Below are positions 39,201 through 50,446 of a DNA stretch of 64,000 nt, one piece after another. The position numbers and the translations under genes were made by a program. A model generated the notes under the pieces. That model worked only from the letters and a program-made list of their open reading frames with translations. It ran no database searches and was not told the origin of the DNA. Source of the stretch: Paraspadella gotoi (taxonomy: Eukaryota > Animalia > Chaetognatha); contig CM119265.1 of the NCBI GenBank assembly GCA_051294375.1, positions 21,514,278 through 21,578,277 on the forward strand, given 5' to 3'. Position 1 is the stretch's first letter, and each line of letters begins with the position of its first letter.

Positions 39201-42200
39201 TTTCTTCTATTTCATTTTCATTCCTCTTTCTCTTTCTGACTTTTTATCAGAAATTCTCGCTTGATTGTTTTGTCTCCGTCCATTTAGTAAATTTTAGACT
39301 CAAATTAATGTTATAAATGTTTTGAGCGGTTAGTTAAATGTAAATTATAGAATTTTTAGTTTGAATGGATCTCAATCGCTGCTCAGATCTGACGTATTAG
39401 CGAATGTAATAGTTTGTTTAATTCTCTCTCTTCGTCACTTTCCCTCTCACATTTCATACCGGCATCAGTCGCTCACTTGCACACCTACCGAATCCAAACA
39501 AGACTTACCCACACTTGCTATAAAATCATCACCTTCAGCGCCTGCCGCGTTGGCCGAGGCTTGTCAGCCACCGTTAAAAACTGACACTTCCGCTCATGAA
39601 AATTCATCGGCCGATCTTCAGTCTTCGCCTCCTCTCCGACCTTCTCTCGCAGTCCGACACCCGGTCCCGCTAAAAATTCATGAGGTCCGGGTTTCTACTA
39701 CCGTCGAAGTCGCGGACGCTTTTCAACAACAGCAGTTAAAATCGCTGTTGGAGTCAGATTCTCCCGTTTGGACTCTCGAAAATTTTTCCGAGCCAAAATC
39801 CCTGGCTGACTGCGTTACTTGTCATGATTTTTCGGGCCGGGGGTACGCCGCAAATCCGGCCAAAATGTTTAAACCTTTGGTCGTCGTCCGAGGAACTCGC
39901 CGAGAGACGTCGAAACTCGGGACGGAGAAGAACCTAAAATCTTCGTCGATAACGATGGAGGAAAGAGTGGAGGCGGATCTTAAACTCTCAACGGACGATA
40001 GCGTTGAGACGGCGACAATCGCCTCAGTTAGCCCAGCGACATTCTTTAATTCTTCTTTCAAAACCCCCGGTATCTCGATGGCGCCTGTAAGTCGTTTCTT
40101 TTCGAGATCCTATTCGATTTTTACATTTTAAATTGTCAGTTTTTTTTTTTTGTTTTTTTTTTGCATGTTCTCACTGTATAAATGATAAGTTTTTTGCCTG
40201 CTGTTATTTGTGTTTTTGCATACATTTAAGTTATGATCGTTTTTTTATTTTTTGGTTTGCCACTGGTTCATTGACTGCGTTTTGTTTTGCTTTAGCAATT
40301 AGCATGTTTCATACTTTTGACTTCGTATTTTACCAGTTTAACCATGAGCCATAAGGTCGTAGCCATAAGGTTTAAATCGTTGATTTCATATCATTCAAAG
40401 ATTTAATGGGAAATTAATATTTGACTCGGATATAATTTTGTACTCAGTGACGTGTTGAGCATGCCTTTTTTACATTTGAGCTTTTACAATCCACTAGTTA
40501 TCGTTTTTTCGTTCTTTTTTTTTCAGCATGTTGGAAAGGCCGCGTTCGAGACGGAAGCTTCCGAAATGATCAAAGCGCTTCAAGTCGAGTTGATGGCCAT
40601 TCGGCTAAAGGAAGCCGAGAGCGACCACAGCATCAAGGAACTGGAGACAAAGTTGGAAGAGACTCTCGAGGTAGTTGTTAATATATGACGAAAGGAAGTT
40701 CTTTAGTATCTTACTATACGAGACTTTTCGGATTTTTTTTAGGCAAATCGTGAGTTGCAAGAAGGCCCCAACGGTTCTATTGCGTCATTGCAGGATGAGT
40801 TGACGGCTGTGAAATTACGAGAGGCCGAAGCCAATCTCAGCTTGAAAGGTTAATGTGTATTGTGTAAATGTCTACAGTACAGTAGTGTACAGTACTGTAC
40901 TGTACACTCTACGTTGTATAGTATTGTGTTGTCTTGACAATCAAACTGAATTTGTATATGCGAAATTCGTTTCAGAAATGAAACAAAAAGTTTTGGATCT
41001 GGAGCATCAATGGAAAAATTACATTAATTCTGTGGAAGGTGTTACCATCATGAAAGAAGGTTCCAAGGTAGAGTTTTAATCGTTCAGGGTTCTATGAGAA
41101 ATGTTAAGTCAAAGTTTTTACGTTGAATACTCTCCGTACCACTTGTTTTTTCTAGGCCGAGAAAAAAGAGATGATAAAAATTCAAGAGGATTTGATGCTT
41201 GCGAAGTTAAACGAAAACTCCGCGGCGGCATCGGCAAAAGATCATCGGCAAAGGCTTATGGAGATGGAGACGCAGGTTCTTATTTTCTATTAGATTCCGG
41301 ACCAGTTTTGCTCCTCACTTCATCTGTTCATCGCCCTTTAACTCACCCTCGTTTACCCTTCTCCCTGCGGCCACAGAATCAAGTTCTCGCCAATCAACTT
41401 CGTCGCCAGGACGACGAGATCACGCGCCTCAAAGATCGTGTCGTGGAGAAGTCTTCGTCGGAGCGTTCCCTGCGCCACAACATTCTCGAATTTCGCCATC
41501 AAGTCTCCGATCTCGAGTCAAAAGTAAGATGGTGGGAGAACGCCGCCGTCGAGATCGCCAGCGCCGCCCTCGCCTGCGGCCAAGTCGGCGCCGCGTCCGG
41601 CGACGGCGCCGCAGAAGGGCTGGGCGCTGTGGCGCGCGCCGTCATCGACCGTGTGGGCGAGGGGGAAAGGAGGGGAAAGCGCAAGTCGAGGGGCGAGGAA
41701 CAGAGGGCGAGACGAAGAGGGCGAGACAGCGAAGGGTGGAACACGACTACGACCGATGCCGACGGGGAAGAGTCTGACGACGACGATAACATTTCCATGG
41801 ATACAACGACCAATGAAAGCCTCAACCTTGCGTTTTCTATTAAACCAATGGTTAAATCCGAGGAGGAAGGCCCGTGGAATGATTTTGCCAGACATATCGG
41901 AGTCGGCAACAACGGGATGACGGAAGACGAAGAGGCGGTGGCGATAAATAAGGCCAGAACGGACGAGGAGGCGATGGAGGTGGTAAAGGAAAGTGAATCT
42001 GAGGCTAAAATCGTGGTAGAAGTGCCCGTCCATAAGCCCGTTCTTGATACGGTTGACGCCGTGGACAAGGTCGTCACCGAATCCCCTCCCGTCGTTGAAT
42101 CTTCACTTTCCGACGTCGACGAAACTGCGATGACGGCGAGGTCGACGAACACTTCGAATCCTAATCTCAAAGCTCTTGCGGCGGAAGATGAGCCGAAGAA

Positions 42201-45200
42201 GGACGTTGTTTCTCTTTCTGTTGCCTTCGAGACTAACCCTGCCAAACCCGAGCGCAATCTTGAAAAGAAAGACGACCTAACTGAGGTTCACCAATCCGAT
42301 TCAGTTGATGCGGTGGTGGCTTCGACATCCGAGGACGAAACCGCTCCAGCCCCGAATTTCGCCAGAGCCGCGAGCGTCAGATTCTCGCACTCGCGCTTTA
42401 ACCCTACCACGCCTTTCAGCAGGGCGAAACGCCGCACAACCCCGTCGCTCGGCGCCGCAAAACGTGCCACTTCTGACGTTGGCTTGAATTCTAATCGAGA
42501 CGAAAATAGCAACACGAAAATTTCGTCCACGGACACGCCTTTTGTTTACACGTCAGAAGATTTAGCCGTCAAAAGCGCCGTCGATGTGACTGGGGAGACA
42601 GATGCGAAAAAACAAAAGACTCAAGAAACTCGTGAATCGGAAGATGAATGGCTTTAGAAACTTAAATAGTTAATTGAACTAAACAGGAAATCCAGCGCTC
42701 GGATGAAGATCTTAAGAAAAAATACAGATTTGCTATTACTCGAATGCGCGTATTAAATCCTTATCAATCTATTACGTATAATATTACCTGGCACTTTATA
42801 AGCCTTTGTATGATCCCAAACCTACTGTGAGACACGCGTTCCTTGTATTTTCATTTTGGTCATATAACAGTCAATGGTGAAGCATGATTCACAGCAGTTT
42901 TGAACATTATCACATTTTTTTCGACTGGCAGTCTTATTTTACTGAATTTTCTGAAATCTTAATTATGTTTTTTAAACTTACCATAACTGGAAAGTACGTG
43001 CTTACGTGCTTTCTTCTTTTTAATTGCGGGTTCTTAAATCCAAATTCCAGAGATTTGATTAAAAGATTTAAATATTGCTGAGACTGACTAGACAGACTTA
43101 ATTTTGCATGATATAATTAATAATAATGATGATTACTAGTAAAAGTAGCAAGTTAATTAGTTTTGGGTTCGCTTTACACCAAGTTCTAAATATTGTTGAT
43201 AACCACGACTTATTTAATGATTGCCAAATTTTTGTTTTTCAGTTTGAACGTTCTGTTTGATTTATTAATAAAGGGTATTTTTCGGTAGTCATTGTAGATT
43301 GGTGTCTACCATGAAAACAAAAGGTAAGACATGTAGTACATGCACGTTTACCAGATAACCACCACAGATAACTATCTCCGTGCACTTGCTTGAAACGTTG
43401 CATGATTTTCTTGTTTTATTTCTGAAAGTTTTACAATTTTTTCTTGCACTACATAATTTTTTCCCAACACCCTGTGAACGTGTCAGATCTCTCAGTGGGT
43501 TTGGATCTTTTCAATTACATTTTATTTATATCGGTGTCTTGTAGATCAACAATTATTCCGCTGTTCAGTGTAGCAAATTCGTCTGTATTTAACGCTACAT
43601 TAGGTTCACTTTAAATCTCAATGAGTAGTCCCATAAAGTTTTCAGACTAAAAGATTTAAAAAAGCATATTTCGCATATTTTTCCGTAAATATTTATTTCT
43701 CACTTTCCCGTTTCCGTTCCCATTCCTTGCTTTCCCCCCCCTTTCCCTCCTTGCCAACTTCACCGTATCGCCGCAAAGCTAAGAGAAGAAAATATGATGG
43801 GTCGCATCAAGGAGGCGGAGCACCATCAAATCGTTGGCGACCTCCAGAGAAAAGTTGCAGAATTGGAATCAAAGGTAATTTTCACGCAAATTTCAATTTT
43901 TGTTAGTACTTACTTTTTTCATAGTTTTGATTTTGACACGGCAGTTAGTTTTAGTATAACTTGTTTTCTTTATTAAACAATTCTAATAGCAAGAAAAGAT
44001 CAAATCAACTTTTCAAAAAAATTTAATATTTTAATTAATTTTTATACTTTTCTCTCCGACAGCACCTGGAGCTGGTTACTTCGGGTCAACTCTCTCTGCA
44101 CGAAGCCGACGCGAACGACGCCTCATTGGCGGCGCTGTCTTTCTTGGCGCGCGAGGAACGCAGCGACGGGGCGGGCGTTTCGCAGCAAGGTGCGTTGCGT
44201 GGGAAAGAGGCAGACGCTGCGGCTCTGGAGGAGGAGATCGAGCAGATGCGCGTCAACGAACGCGTCGAGGCGCGTCTCTTACAAGGTTAGTCGAAAATCT
44301 TTCGTCCAAAAGTCGAAAAACTATAGATCATCACCGATTTCTCTTTCTCGCCCCTTTCGCTAGACTCTTCCTCGAGAGGGCGTCGCTTTAACGGTGACCG
44401 CTCCGCCTTAGAGTTGGGCGTCGTGGACGAAGACGAAGAAGACGACGACGTCGAGTTGAAGGTAGATTAAAAATGACGAGCTTCTTTTTAATCTAAATAT
44501 TTTTTTATGGATCGTGTTATTTTTGTCAAAAAAACATTTTTAGGCCGTACTTAATTCTACTTTTAAAGAAGCAAGACACGAATTAGAAAATCTCTTGTTT
44601 CCCGACGAAAAGGCGAGGGACCTGGAAAATCAGCTGCTTTTAGCCACAGACGTTTTGAGGTGAAAAAAAGAGGGATTTTATCGGTTAGGTCATATTTTTG
44701 CAAAAGAACTGTTGACACTGTCAATGACAGAATTCGATTGCTTCGCCCGGATTACAACTTTCAACTTTTTATTTTTAGTAATAAATCTTCGGCTCGTTGC
44801 TCCTTCAACCACAAAACCTTTGACACTCCTGGACGATTACCCACCGACAATCTTTTCGGTAAATCTTTTGTCTATTGCTTGACGATTTTATTAGTTACGC
44901 CACAAGTACTCGCGGAGCAACTCTATATAAGTCACATTTCGGTCGGTCGGTTAAAGATGCTCATAGTTATAACTCGCTTATAGTTTGTTGCTCATTTGTT
45001 AAGACAAAAAACCTCAAATCTAATTCTAAGCGACTACTAGCACCGCCTTTTATTTTTTAAAGATGTTATTTCAATGCAGTACGTGTAGAAAATTTATGGG
45101 ATAACAAAGTCACTGCGGCGCAACATAACATTTTCGTTCTCGTTTAATTTTAATTAATTCAAGTTAATTTTTACTATATATTACATTATCCCTTAGAAGC

Positions 45201-45468
45201 TTCCGCGCCTCCCGACAAAATGGGAACCGTCGAACAAAGCATTCACTCGGCGCATTTGCGATCGGCCGCCCAGGCCGACGTCGCCTCCAACTCTAGTCAA
45301 GAGACGAGTCGCGTGTTGTCTCGCAACGATTCCAATGTTGGACTCGATGTCGAGCTCTTGCTGGCGGGAATCGGCGCCAGTTGCGACGCCGGGAACTCGA
45401 GGTCGCCTTCCGTGGCTTCTTCCGACACATTCCAACCTATTGTTACTAACATTAAAGCTCCATCTTGA
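18209..45468 (+). CDS. EVI5: EVI5-family TBC-domain Rab GTPase-activating protein with C-terminal coiled coils (multi-exon; gene span)
   Basis: Exons: LLSKLERENK..LEED, LARRASGTSLVS, WSLWGKIVNDWD (19940-20055), ELVRHGIPRPFRGLAWQL (33270+), [135 protein letters not shown]. The 3' end is ambiguous because of alternative terminal exons. Confidence 0.93.
18751..18793. repeat. Probable terminal repeat of a DNA-transposon remnant
   Basis: Doubled motif GGGGTAATTCGGAACA-GGGGTAATTTGGAACA, with a third copy at ~19075. No partner inverted end was found. Confidence 0.35.
19301..19335 (-). pseudogene. Decayed Penelope-type hammerhead remnant
   Basis: The minus strand has stem GATTC/GAATC followed by CGAAACATGTCC, but the CUGANGA core has degenerated. 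Confidence 0.35.
21338..31301 (-). CDS. EF-hand plus WD40-repeat protein (WDR49/EFCAB8/WDY-like), nested antisense in the large EVI5 intron
   Basis: Spliced minus-strand exons read MEAKIEKEL..MFLEADADGGGS|LDIEEFVAAM..LFMK|IDANCDENVDWDEYLGYMLLE (two EF hands), then WD repeats (ITATCFVEKKTRLITGASNGTLKIWNYN; ASASSSGTVRLWTILGSYIGAFGQ). The last exon ends KLPKIN-stop at 21338. The start may extend to the ATG at 31390. Confidence 0.85.
25042..25075 (+). ncRNA. Minimal type I hammerhead ribozyme motif (Penelope-like element remnant)
   Basis: CTGATGA-A-GGCCAA-cagt-TTAGCT-GAAAC-AT-GTA with palindromic stem III (ACATGT), followed by AATAAA. Stem I is poor. Confidence 0.55.
28029..28175 (+). repeat. 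Two 58-bp direct repeats (period 89)
   Basis: GGGTCATAGGAyGGAGATA.GCCTGGCrAGG.AG.CTGACTAC.AGTTCCTCGACAGT at 28029-28086 and 28118-28175. Confidence 0.85.
28293..28587 (+). mobile_element. tRNA-derived segment plus twister element (copy C)
   Basis: tRNA-like segment ~28350-28421 with CTCATGA loop and B box GGTTCAATCCC (28401-28411), then twister fold 28429-28507. Long-range pairing CTATGA/TCATAG; 3' end TAGCCATT. Confidence 0.6.
28429..28507 (+). ncRNA. Twister ribozyme, type P5, partly decayed (copy C)
   Basis: P5 GCGGG/CCCGT; GA followed by GGA pairs with TCC (T1); TAA 28451-53; T2 GC/GC; P3 CTTGGGGGC/GCCCTCAAG; P4 CCTG/CAGG. P2 (GCAT vs GCC) is disrupted. Confidence 0.65.
29541..29574 (+). 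pseudogene. Decayed hammerhead motif
   Basis: TTGATGA-A-GGCTT-gaatgt-AAGCC-AAAAC-TT-GTC, i.e. two core substitutions relative to CTGATGA...GAAAC. The downstream aaaataaa..cgttg.tgtaaaaa tail is shared with the 30354-30455 insert. Confidence 0.55.
30354..30455 (-). mobile_element. ~100-bp Penelope-like insertion with hammerhead and 15-bp target-site duplication
   Basis: Flanked by ATATGTATTATTATA (30339-30353 and 30456-30470). The minus strand has CTGATGA-A-GACTT-gtacaa-AAGTC-GAAAC-AT-GTC (30434-30401), then AATAAA. Confidence 0.75.
32474..32645. repeat. Short foldback element
   Basis: tatgaaattggtacaaccaata (32481-32502) vs tattggttgtaccaatttcata (32618-32639). Confidence 0.7.
33420..33571. 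mobile_element. MITE-like element with 25-bp perfect inverted repeats and internal TTAGGG-like units
   Basis: AATTTTACTTTCGCCGACCGGGGTT (33420-33444) vs AACCCCGGTCGGCGAAAGTAAAATT (33547-33571); interior ggtttagggttacgggtatttagggtta. Confidence 0.75.
35286..35518 (-). mobile_element. Twister-bearing element, copy D (tandem unit 1; ribozyme fold 35325-35405)
   Basis: Minus strand has A-box TGGCTCAGAGGG and GTTGGC-AAA-GCAA-GA-CCG-TCCTAGAG-TAA-CTGC-GC-CAGTGAC/GTCACTG-AGGG-T-CAG-AA-GC-CCCC-AAA-GCCAAC. It ends GTTGCCATA like copy B. T1 has one mismatch. Confidence 0.75.
35697..35926 (-). mobile_element. Twister-bearing element, copy E (tandem unit 2; ribozyme fold 35741-35821)
   Basis: Diverged direct repeat of copy D, 411 bp away. 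P2 covaries (GCG/CGC vs GCA/TGC) and T1 is weakened (CTG vs GGG). Same GTTGCCATA end. Confidence 0.72.
37008..37946 (-). CDS. Small orphan Lys/Cys-rich protein, nested antisense in an EVI5 intron
   Basis: ATG-initiated 138-aa ORF (MAEKAKNCGCQKADCHCK..CDCKFDCHC) continued by putative spliced exons (IAACVNYGQHSTVFGWYGG.., MPQNFFVKDGDRFGVRR..EDDK-stop). No family recognised; downstream splice phases are uncertain. Confidence 0.6.
38401..38687. mobile_element. AT-rich foldback/MITE; internal segment also present at ~6447-6520
   Basis: atttatagtaatatccttataaaatcataaa vs tttatgattttatagggatattactataaat. Internal ataacatattttatatttttga.ctaactttttataaaga.tca.aatctttaataaa matches 6447+. Confidence 0.7.
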
Positions 45469-46037
45469 TGAGAAGAAATTGGGGAAGGAAAAACAACCGC
45501 TAATGTTTACTTAATCAACTTTTATCTCGAACCCTTATCTCACCGCACATATCCGTTCTTTTACTCCTTTTATGGGCTTTTTTCTTCGTTTTCTAAGTGG
45601 TTTATTGTATCATTTGTCTTGTCTATAAGACTTTTTTTGCGATTGAAATTTTTTACCGCCATGTACTTGCTACTGTTTTTTGTAGTTTTCCTATTAGAAA
45701 TATTTTTCTGTCAGATTTATCCAGCTTACAGGCGTATATTTAACATTATGTTGAGTCAAGATTGTTTTTACAGCTATTCGGATTTTTTCCTTTTCTGTAA
45801 TCCTTCTATACCTTTTTTGCAGCAGTTAGGCCAGCGATTTAGCTAAGTCCATAGTTTCGCCGAATCACGAAATTACTAGCCAACTAATCAGGAATGACGT
45901 TCGTCACATTGAAGAACAAACTAGTCCGTTAGATAGAAGAAAAAACAAAAGCAATCTTCCGCTGACGAAGCAAAGGAAGTTTTACTCTTACTTTTCCTTT
46001 TCTTTTTTTCCTTTTTTTTCCTCTCCTTTTCCTTCCA

Positions 46038-48758
46038 ATGAAGCCTCTTGTCATCTTCGGATCCGAGCGTAAATACGTTCCTGTAGTGGACGAGAATGGC
46101 GACCTCGTCGCCTACCGCCCCACCGATGCCACCCCCCCACCTCCTCCCCCTACCAACGATGCCGCCCCTCGCCCCCGAAGAAGGAAGAAGCGGAACGCCG
46201 TCTTCGTGGTCGAGTCCAAGGGTAAGCACAGCGTGGTCCCCTGCCGACCGGACACGCCTCCTCCGCTCGTGCAAGGAAGCGACAAGGATGAAAAAGAGGA
46301 AGAGAAGAGAGCGACGAAAGTCGCTTTCGAGCGGAACTCGGTGTCCAAGTTGCTGGACGATCTGAGTCATAAGTACGCCGCCTCCAAACTCCCGACTAGG
46401 GAGACAATCAGACGGCGGGCCTCGGAGAGACTTTCTCGCCGGCTTGAGAACGAGAATTTGAATCGTGACGAGGAAAGACCGGGGCGAGACGATCCCGTGC
46501 TCGTTTATCGTCGAGCGAGGTTCGTATTATTTATTCGCTACTAGTCATCGTGATATTATTCTTTCATATTCAGAGCAACACTATAAATTTGAATTACCAA
46601 TTGAAAAAAGTGATAATTCATTTATATTTTTACTTAGTCCTTCCAAATCGGCTCCTATCACGGTCCTCGACAAAAACTTTGGCTACAATCCTTACGGGTC
46701 GACCACATCGTCTTATTGGTCGTCATCGCCGCGTTCTCTAGCTCCTCCCCCGCCGCCGCCTCCTCCACCGCCGGGTGAAATAGTTTGCGCCGTTTGCGGC
46801 TTTCCCTATTGCATCTGCGGTTTCGGGATTCCCAGTTTCGAAACTTTCGACGGAGGACCGCCAGGTTTTATAATTTATTAAAAATGTCCCCAAGAAGAGT
46901 AATAAGAAATGGAAAATTATAACGTTATTTTTTTCGCTATTTACCAGCATTCGGACGTGCCGCCCCGCCGCAGCCGGAGGAGGAGGAATATTCCATGTCC
47001 TCGGCGTATTACCCTCCGCCTCCACCCCCGCCTATCAGTTATCCTCCTTACTACCCGTCTTACAGTTACACTCCGTATTACAGCTCTTATTATGATGCTC
47101 GGTCGGGAAGCGGAAGATATTGTCATTGTGAGCGGAACAATCAACGAGCAAGCAGTAGTCGATCTTGGTCCGGGGAGGGCAAGGCCACGTCGCAGCAGTC
47201 GAAAAAAAAGTAGGTATAACTGGTGCTTTGGCTGTAACTACGTAGTTTTTCTTGACATTTGTTTCGGCTAATACTAAAGTTTGAGTGTTGTCGGATTTAA
47301 CTTGCTCAAAACGATTCCCTTTTGTTTCAGAAAAGCCAGAGAACTCGAAGATCAAAAGACGAGTCGCTCCCGGGATTCTTCCTCGTCGTCCACTTCCTAT
47401 TCGGAATACTTTAACATTAATAAGGACAAAAATAAAAGCAAAAATAGAAATTCAAATGATAATAGAATGACGGCGAGTGATTGAGAAAACCGATGTTTTT
47501 CGGGTGATATTATGATAAGTTTGCCAATATTTCTATAAAGCGATGGTTTTGTAGATATGATAACAATTACGTGTATATATAATGGAATAAGAACATGAAG
47601 GGTAAATCACTAAATGAACATCTCTCTAAGCGCCGTAAAACGTGGTTTTCCTCTCCACTTATTCCGCCCGATGCCCGTTTTCGGTGCCTCCCTCGAGTTA
47701 GCGCTCCCGAAGCCTTCCGGTGGTCTACTTCCGACAAATCTTTACGGAACGCAACGAGTCTTGCACTAAAGGCAGTCCTCAGGATGGTTATTTCAAGTTA
47801 GCGTCTCCAGGGAGAAAACGTCCGCAGTCCCCCGCGCGCGACGAATCCGTCTCACAGTCGCCCGAGGTTCCGCCGCCGATTATCGCTGAGGAGCCTAAGT
47901 TTTCCGTCGCGAGTCGAATATCGTCTCCCAAAGCCAGCCTCGTTGAGGCGCCTCCGCCTCCGTTTTACAATTGCAGGGAACTCTCGTGTGCCCCGCTCGT
48001 GATAAGGGCGAAATGCGCTGCACCCATGATCTCGCAGTCGCCTTGTATTGCTCCTTGTTCCGATGCTTATTATCCGAGACCAGTGCGTCAATTTATTCCT
48101 CGGTTGAACGATTATTCTTGCCCTGGGAACCGAGAGGACGACCTCGCCGCGAGGGCTTGGACGAACGACTGTTCCGAGGATCGCTCGTCTCCTTTGCATA
48201 ATCTGGTCCGTGGTGACCCTTGTCGCAGTGGAGTCGTAAGACGTTTTGTGGGCAGACCATCGAAAGCTTGCGAGGTCAGTAGAGGGTTAATCTTATTAAT
48301 TATTATTACTGCCATTGTTGTCTACTAGCGGTCTCAATGGTCAGGTATGTGCCCGCCTCCCCTGCGTATGTTGCCTTCGATGCGTTTGCTACCCTTGTAT
48401 CTGTCCCGCGTCGGGCGTCGCGTCTTGCCCGACCTGTTTCCTCAACCCCTGCGCGTGCCGGGCCTCTGGTCCCTCCCGCTCCAGTCGCTCTTCGTGGCGA
48501 ACGCTTCTCGAGACAGAAGAGGAGCTGCTGAGACGCCTGGTGGGTCGCGTCCGCCAGGTGGACTCTCGATCTTCGACGGCCAAGCGCCAGATCGACCAAA
48601 TGAAGCGCCTCTACGAAACACGGACGTCGAAGACGAATGACGTGGCGGGTGACGTGGGGAAGCTGAAAGGAGAGAATAAAAACCTTGCTGAGCTAAGAGA
48701 GAAACTGGAGGAGGAGAGAGAAAAGCTGAGAAAGGTGATAACCGAGTGCGACTGTTGA
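46038..48758 (+). CDS. Orphan Pro/Ser/Tyr-rich and Cys-rich protein(s) with C-terminal coiled coil (one or two genes)
   Basis: GC-rich exon-like ORFs at 46038-46520, 46639-46864, 46949-47211, 47331-47484, 47702-48274 and 48345-48758, separated by AT-rich intron-like gaps. CxxCxxxxCxC motifs recur (CAVCGFPYCIC, CLRCVCYPCIC, CPTCFLNPCAC). Confidence 0.55.
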
Positions 48759-48889
48759 AACACTTGCCTCCTTGACAACTACATAATCTATTGTCCATCA
48801 AAAGCTTTTTTTTTTAATTTTCTTTAGGCTAACGCAGTTTTTTTTTTTGTCAACAATTCTCGATTGTTTTTGTCTTTATTCCCCGACAG

Positions 48890-50138
48890 ATGTTACGTTT
48901 TATTTTTTGTTGTCTCTACGTTTTCTTTGCACGAGCCGTGGCTTATCACCCAGATGAAAATGATCCCAACATTTATACGTTTTCGTTCTGCGAACAACAG
49001 CTGGACTGGGTAAACGCGCAGTCTCACTGCTTGAGAGAAGGCGGAAGACTTCCTGTCATTAACAACTACTTTATGCAGCAGTACATTTTCACCCATATCA
49101 AGCCGAGAGTCAGATTGTGGATCGGGCTTTCCGATACGAGCGAAAACGGTAAGGATCGTTGAGTTAAAATTTTTCATAAATGGTCAGTGGTCACATTGTG
49201 GGAGTCATAATGGATGCAAGAACAAGTAAGAGAATATGTATGCACGATGTTAATTGTAATTGACGAAACGAGAATATATGGTTGATTTGTTAGTGGTCTG
49301 ATCGGCGGTGAGTCAGGTATGTAAATGAATGAATCTGTCCAGAAGCATCAATGTGACCACTGAGATCTACGGTCGACACGAGGTCGTCCATAAAGATTAA
49401 AGAGCCTTTAATAAAGGGTAAACGTTGAAACTCTCTTAGGTGACGGGAGATGGTATTGGGTGGACGAAACGGCGGCCACTTACTTTTATTGGGCACCCAT
49501 GGAGCCCAACTCCTTCGCTTTGGAGAAGAAGCAGAGATGCGTTCAGATGAATTACAACCCCGAGGGACAATGGGACGACGCCAGTTGCGCCGTGAAAAAG
49601 CCATTTGTTTGTCAAAAGTTAAAACGAGGTTTGTTTTTAAATTATTTCATTTAATTATTATTTTGATTATTTCATTTAATATTTTTAATCCACTTTTTTT
49701 TCAGAATATCGCCATTTTTTTCCTAATTTTCCTTACAAGTTGGGACACGGTATTCCCGGTTCCAACCACGTTCCTCACCGACAAAGTCATATCCCTCACC
49801 GACAAAGTCACATCCCTCACCGACAAAGTCACATCCCTCACCGACAAAGTCACATCCCTCACCGACAAAGTCACATCCCTCACCGACCAAACCACATTTC
49901 TCAACAGCCTAATCATATCCCGCAACAATCCAATAATTTTCCCTCTCAAATTCAGCCTCATGGGTCCAATAACTTCGCGCCTCATTCTCCGTTGCACAAT
50001 CACTTTGGTGGGCAGGGTCCTCGATATTACAACCAAGATGTCAGTAATAAAAATTCTTACAATCATGGCACGTTCCAATACGGAACTGGAAATTCAGATT
50101 ACCGCCGTCGCGAAAATTACGGCTATCGAAAGAAATAG
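48890..50138 (+). CDS. Secreted C-type lectin with His/Pro/Gln-rich repeat tail
   Basis: Signal peptide, WVNAQSHC, WIGLSD, EPN motif, GQWDDASC..KPFVCQ. The phase-1 splice puts the last exon in the PHRQSHI frame. Confidence 0.85.
49768..49893 (+). repeat. 21-bp coding tandem repeat (~6 copies)
   Basis: (cacatccctcaccgacaaagt)n encoding HIPHRQS. Confidence 0.95.
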
Positions 50139-50446
50139 TTCTTTAAAATTTAATTAAATTAATTTATTCGTACCATGTGACTTTTATGGAATTTTTTTAG
50201 ATGTTTAATGGTGGTTTTTTTTTTTCATTACAACAATTCGTTTTTCTGAAATTAGTGTGATTTTGTTTTTCTCTTTTTCTTACCTCGCTCTGAAAACAAA
50301 AGACGAAACAAGATCCGTTATTTCTTGTATGATTGATTTTTGTTGTAATGAAGCGTTTATTGGTTTCCAATTTTTTACTACGCTACCAGAACTAACTACT
50401 GAAATTATTACATTATCAGTTATTTAGTTGAAACAATTAAAAAATC

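Noticed and set aside
41499-42257. Long antisense ORFs over GC-rich exons (also at 54551, 59569, 62659)
   Set aside because: Shadow ORFs caused by the codon bias of the sense gene.
49768-49893. CRISPR-like array
   Set aside because: Contiguous repeats without spacers, in a eukaryotic coding exon.
49450-50157. Alternative-frame ORFs over the 21-bp repeat (TSLTDKV, SVRDVTL)
   Set aside because: Stop-free by virtue of the repeat; the splice phase favours the PHRQSHI frame.
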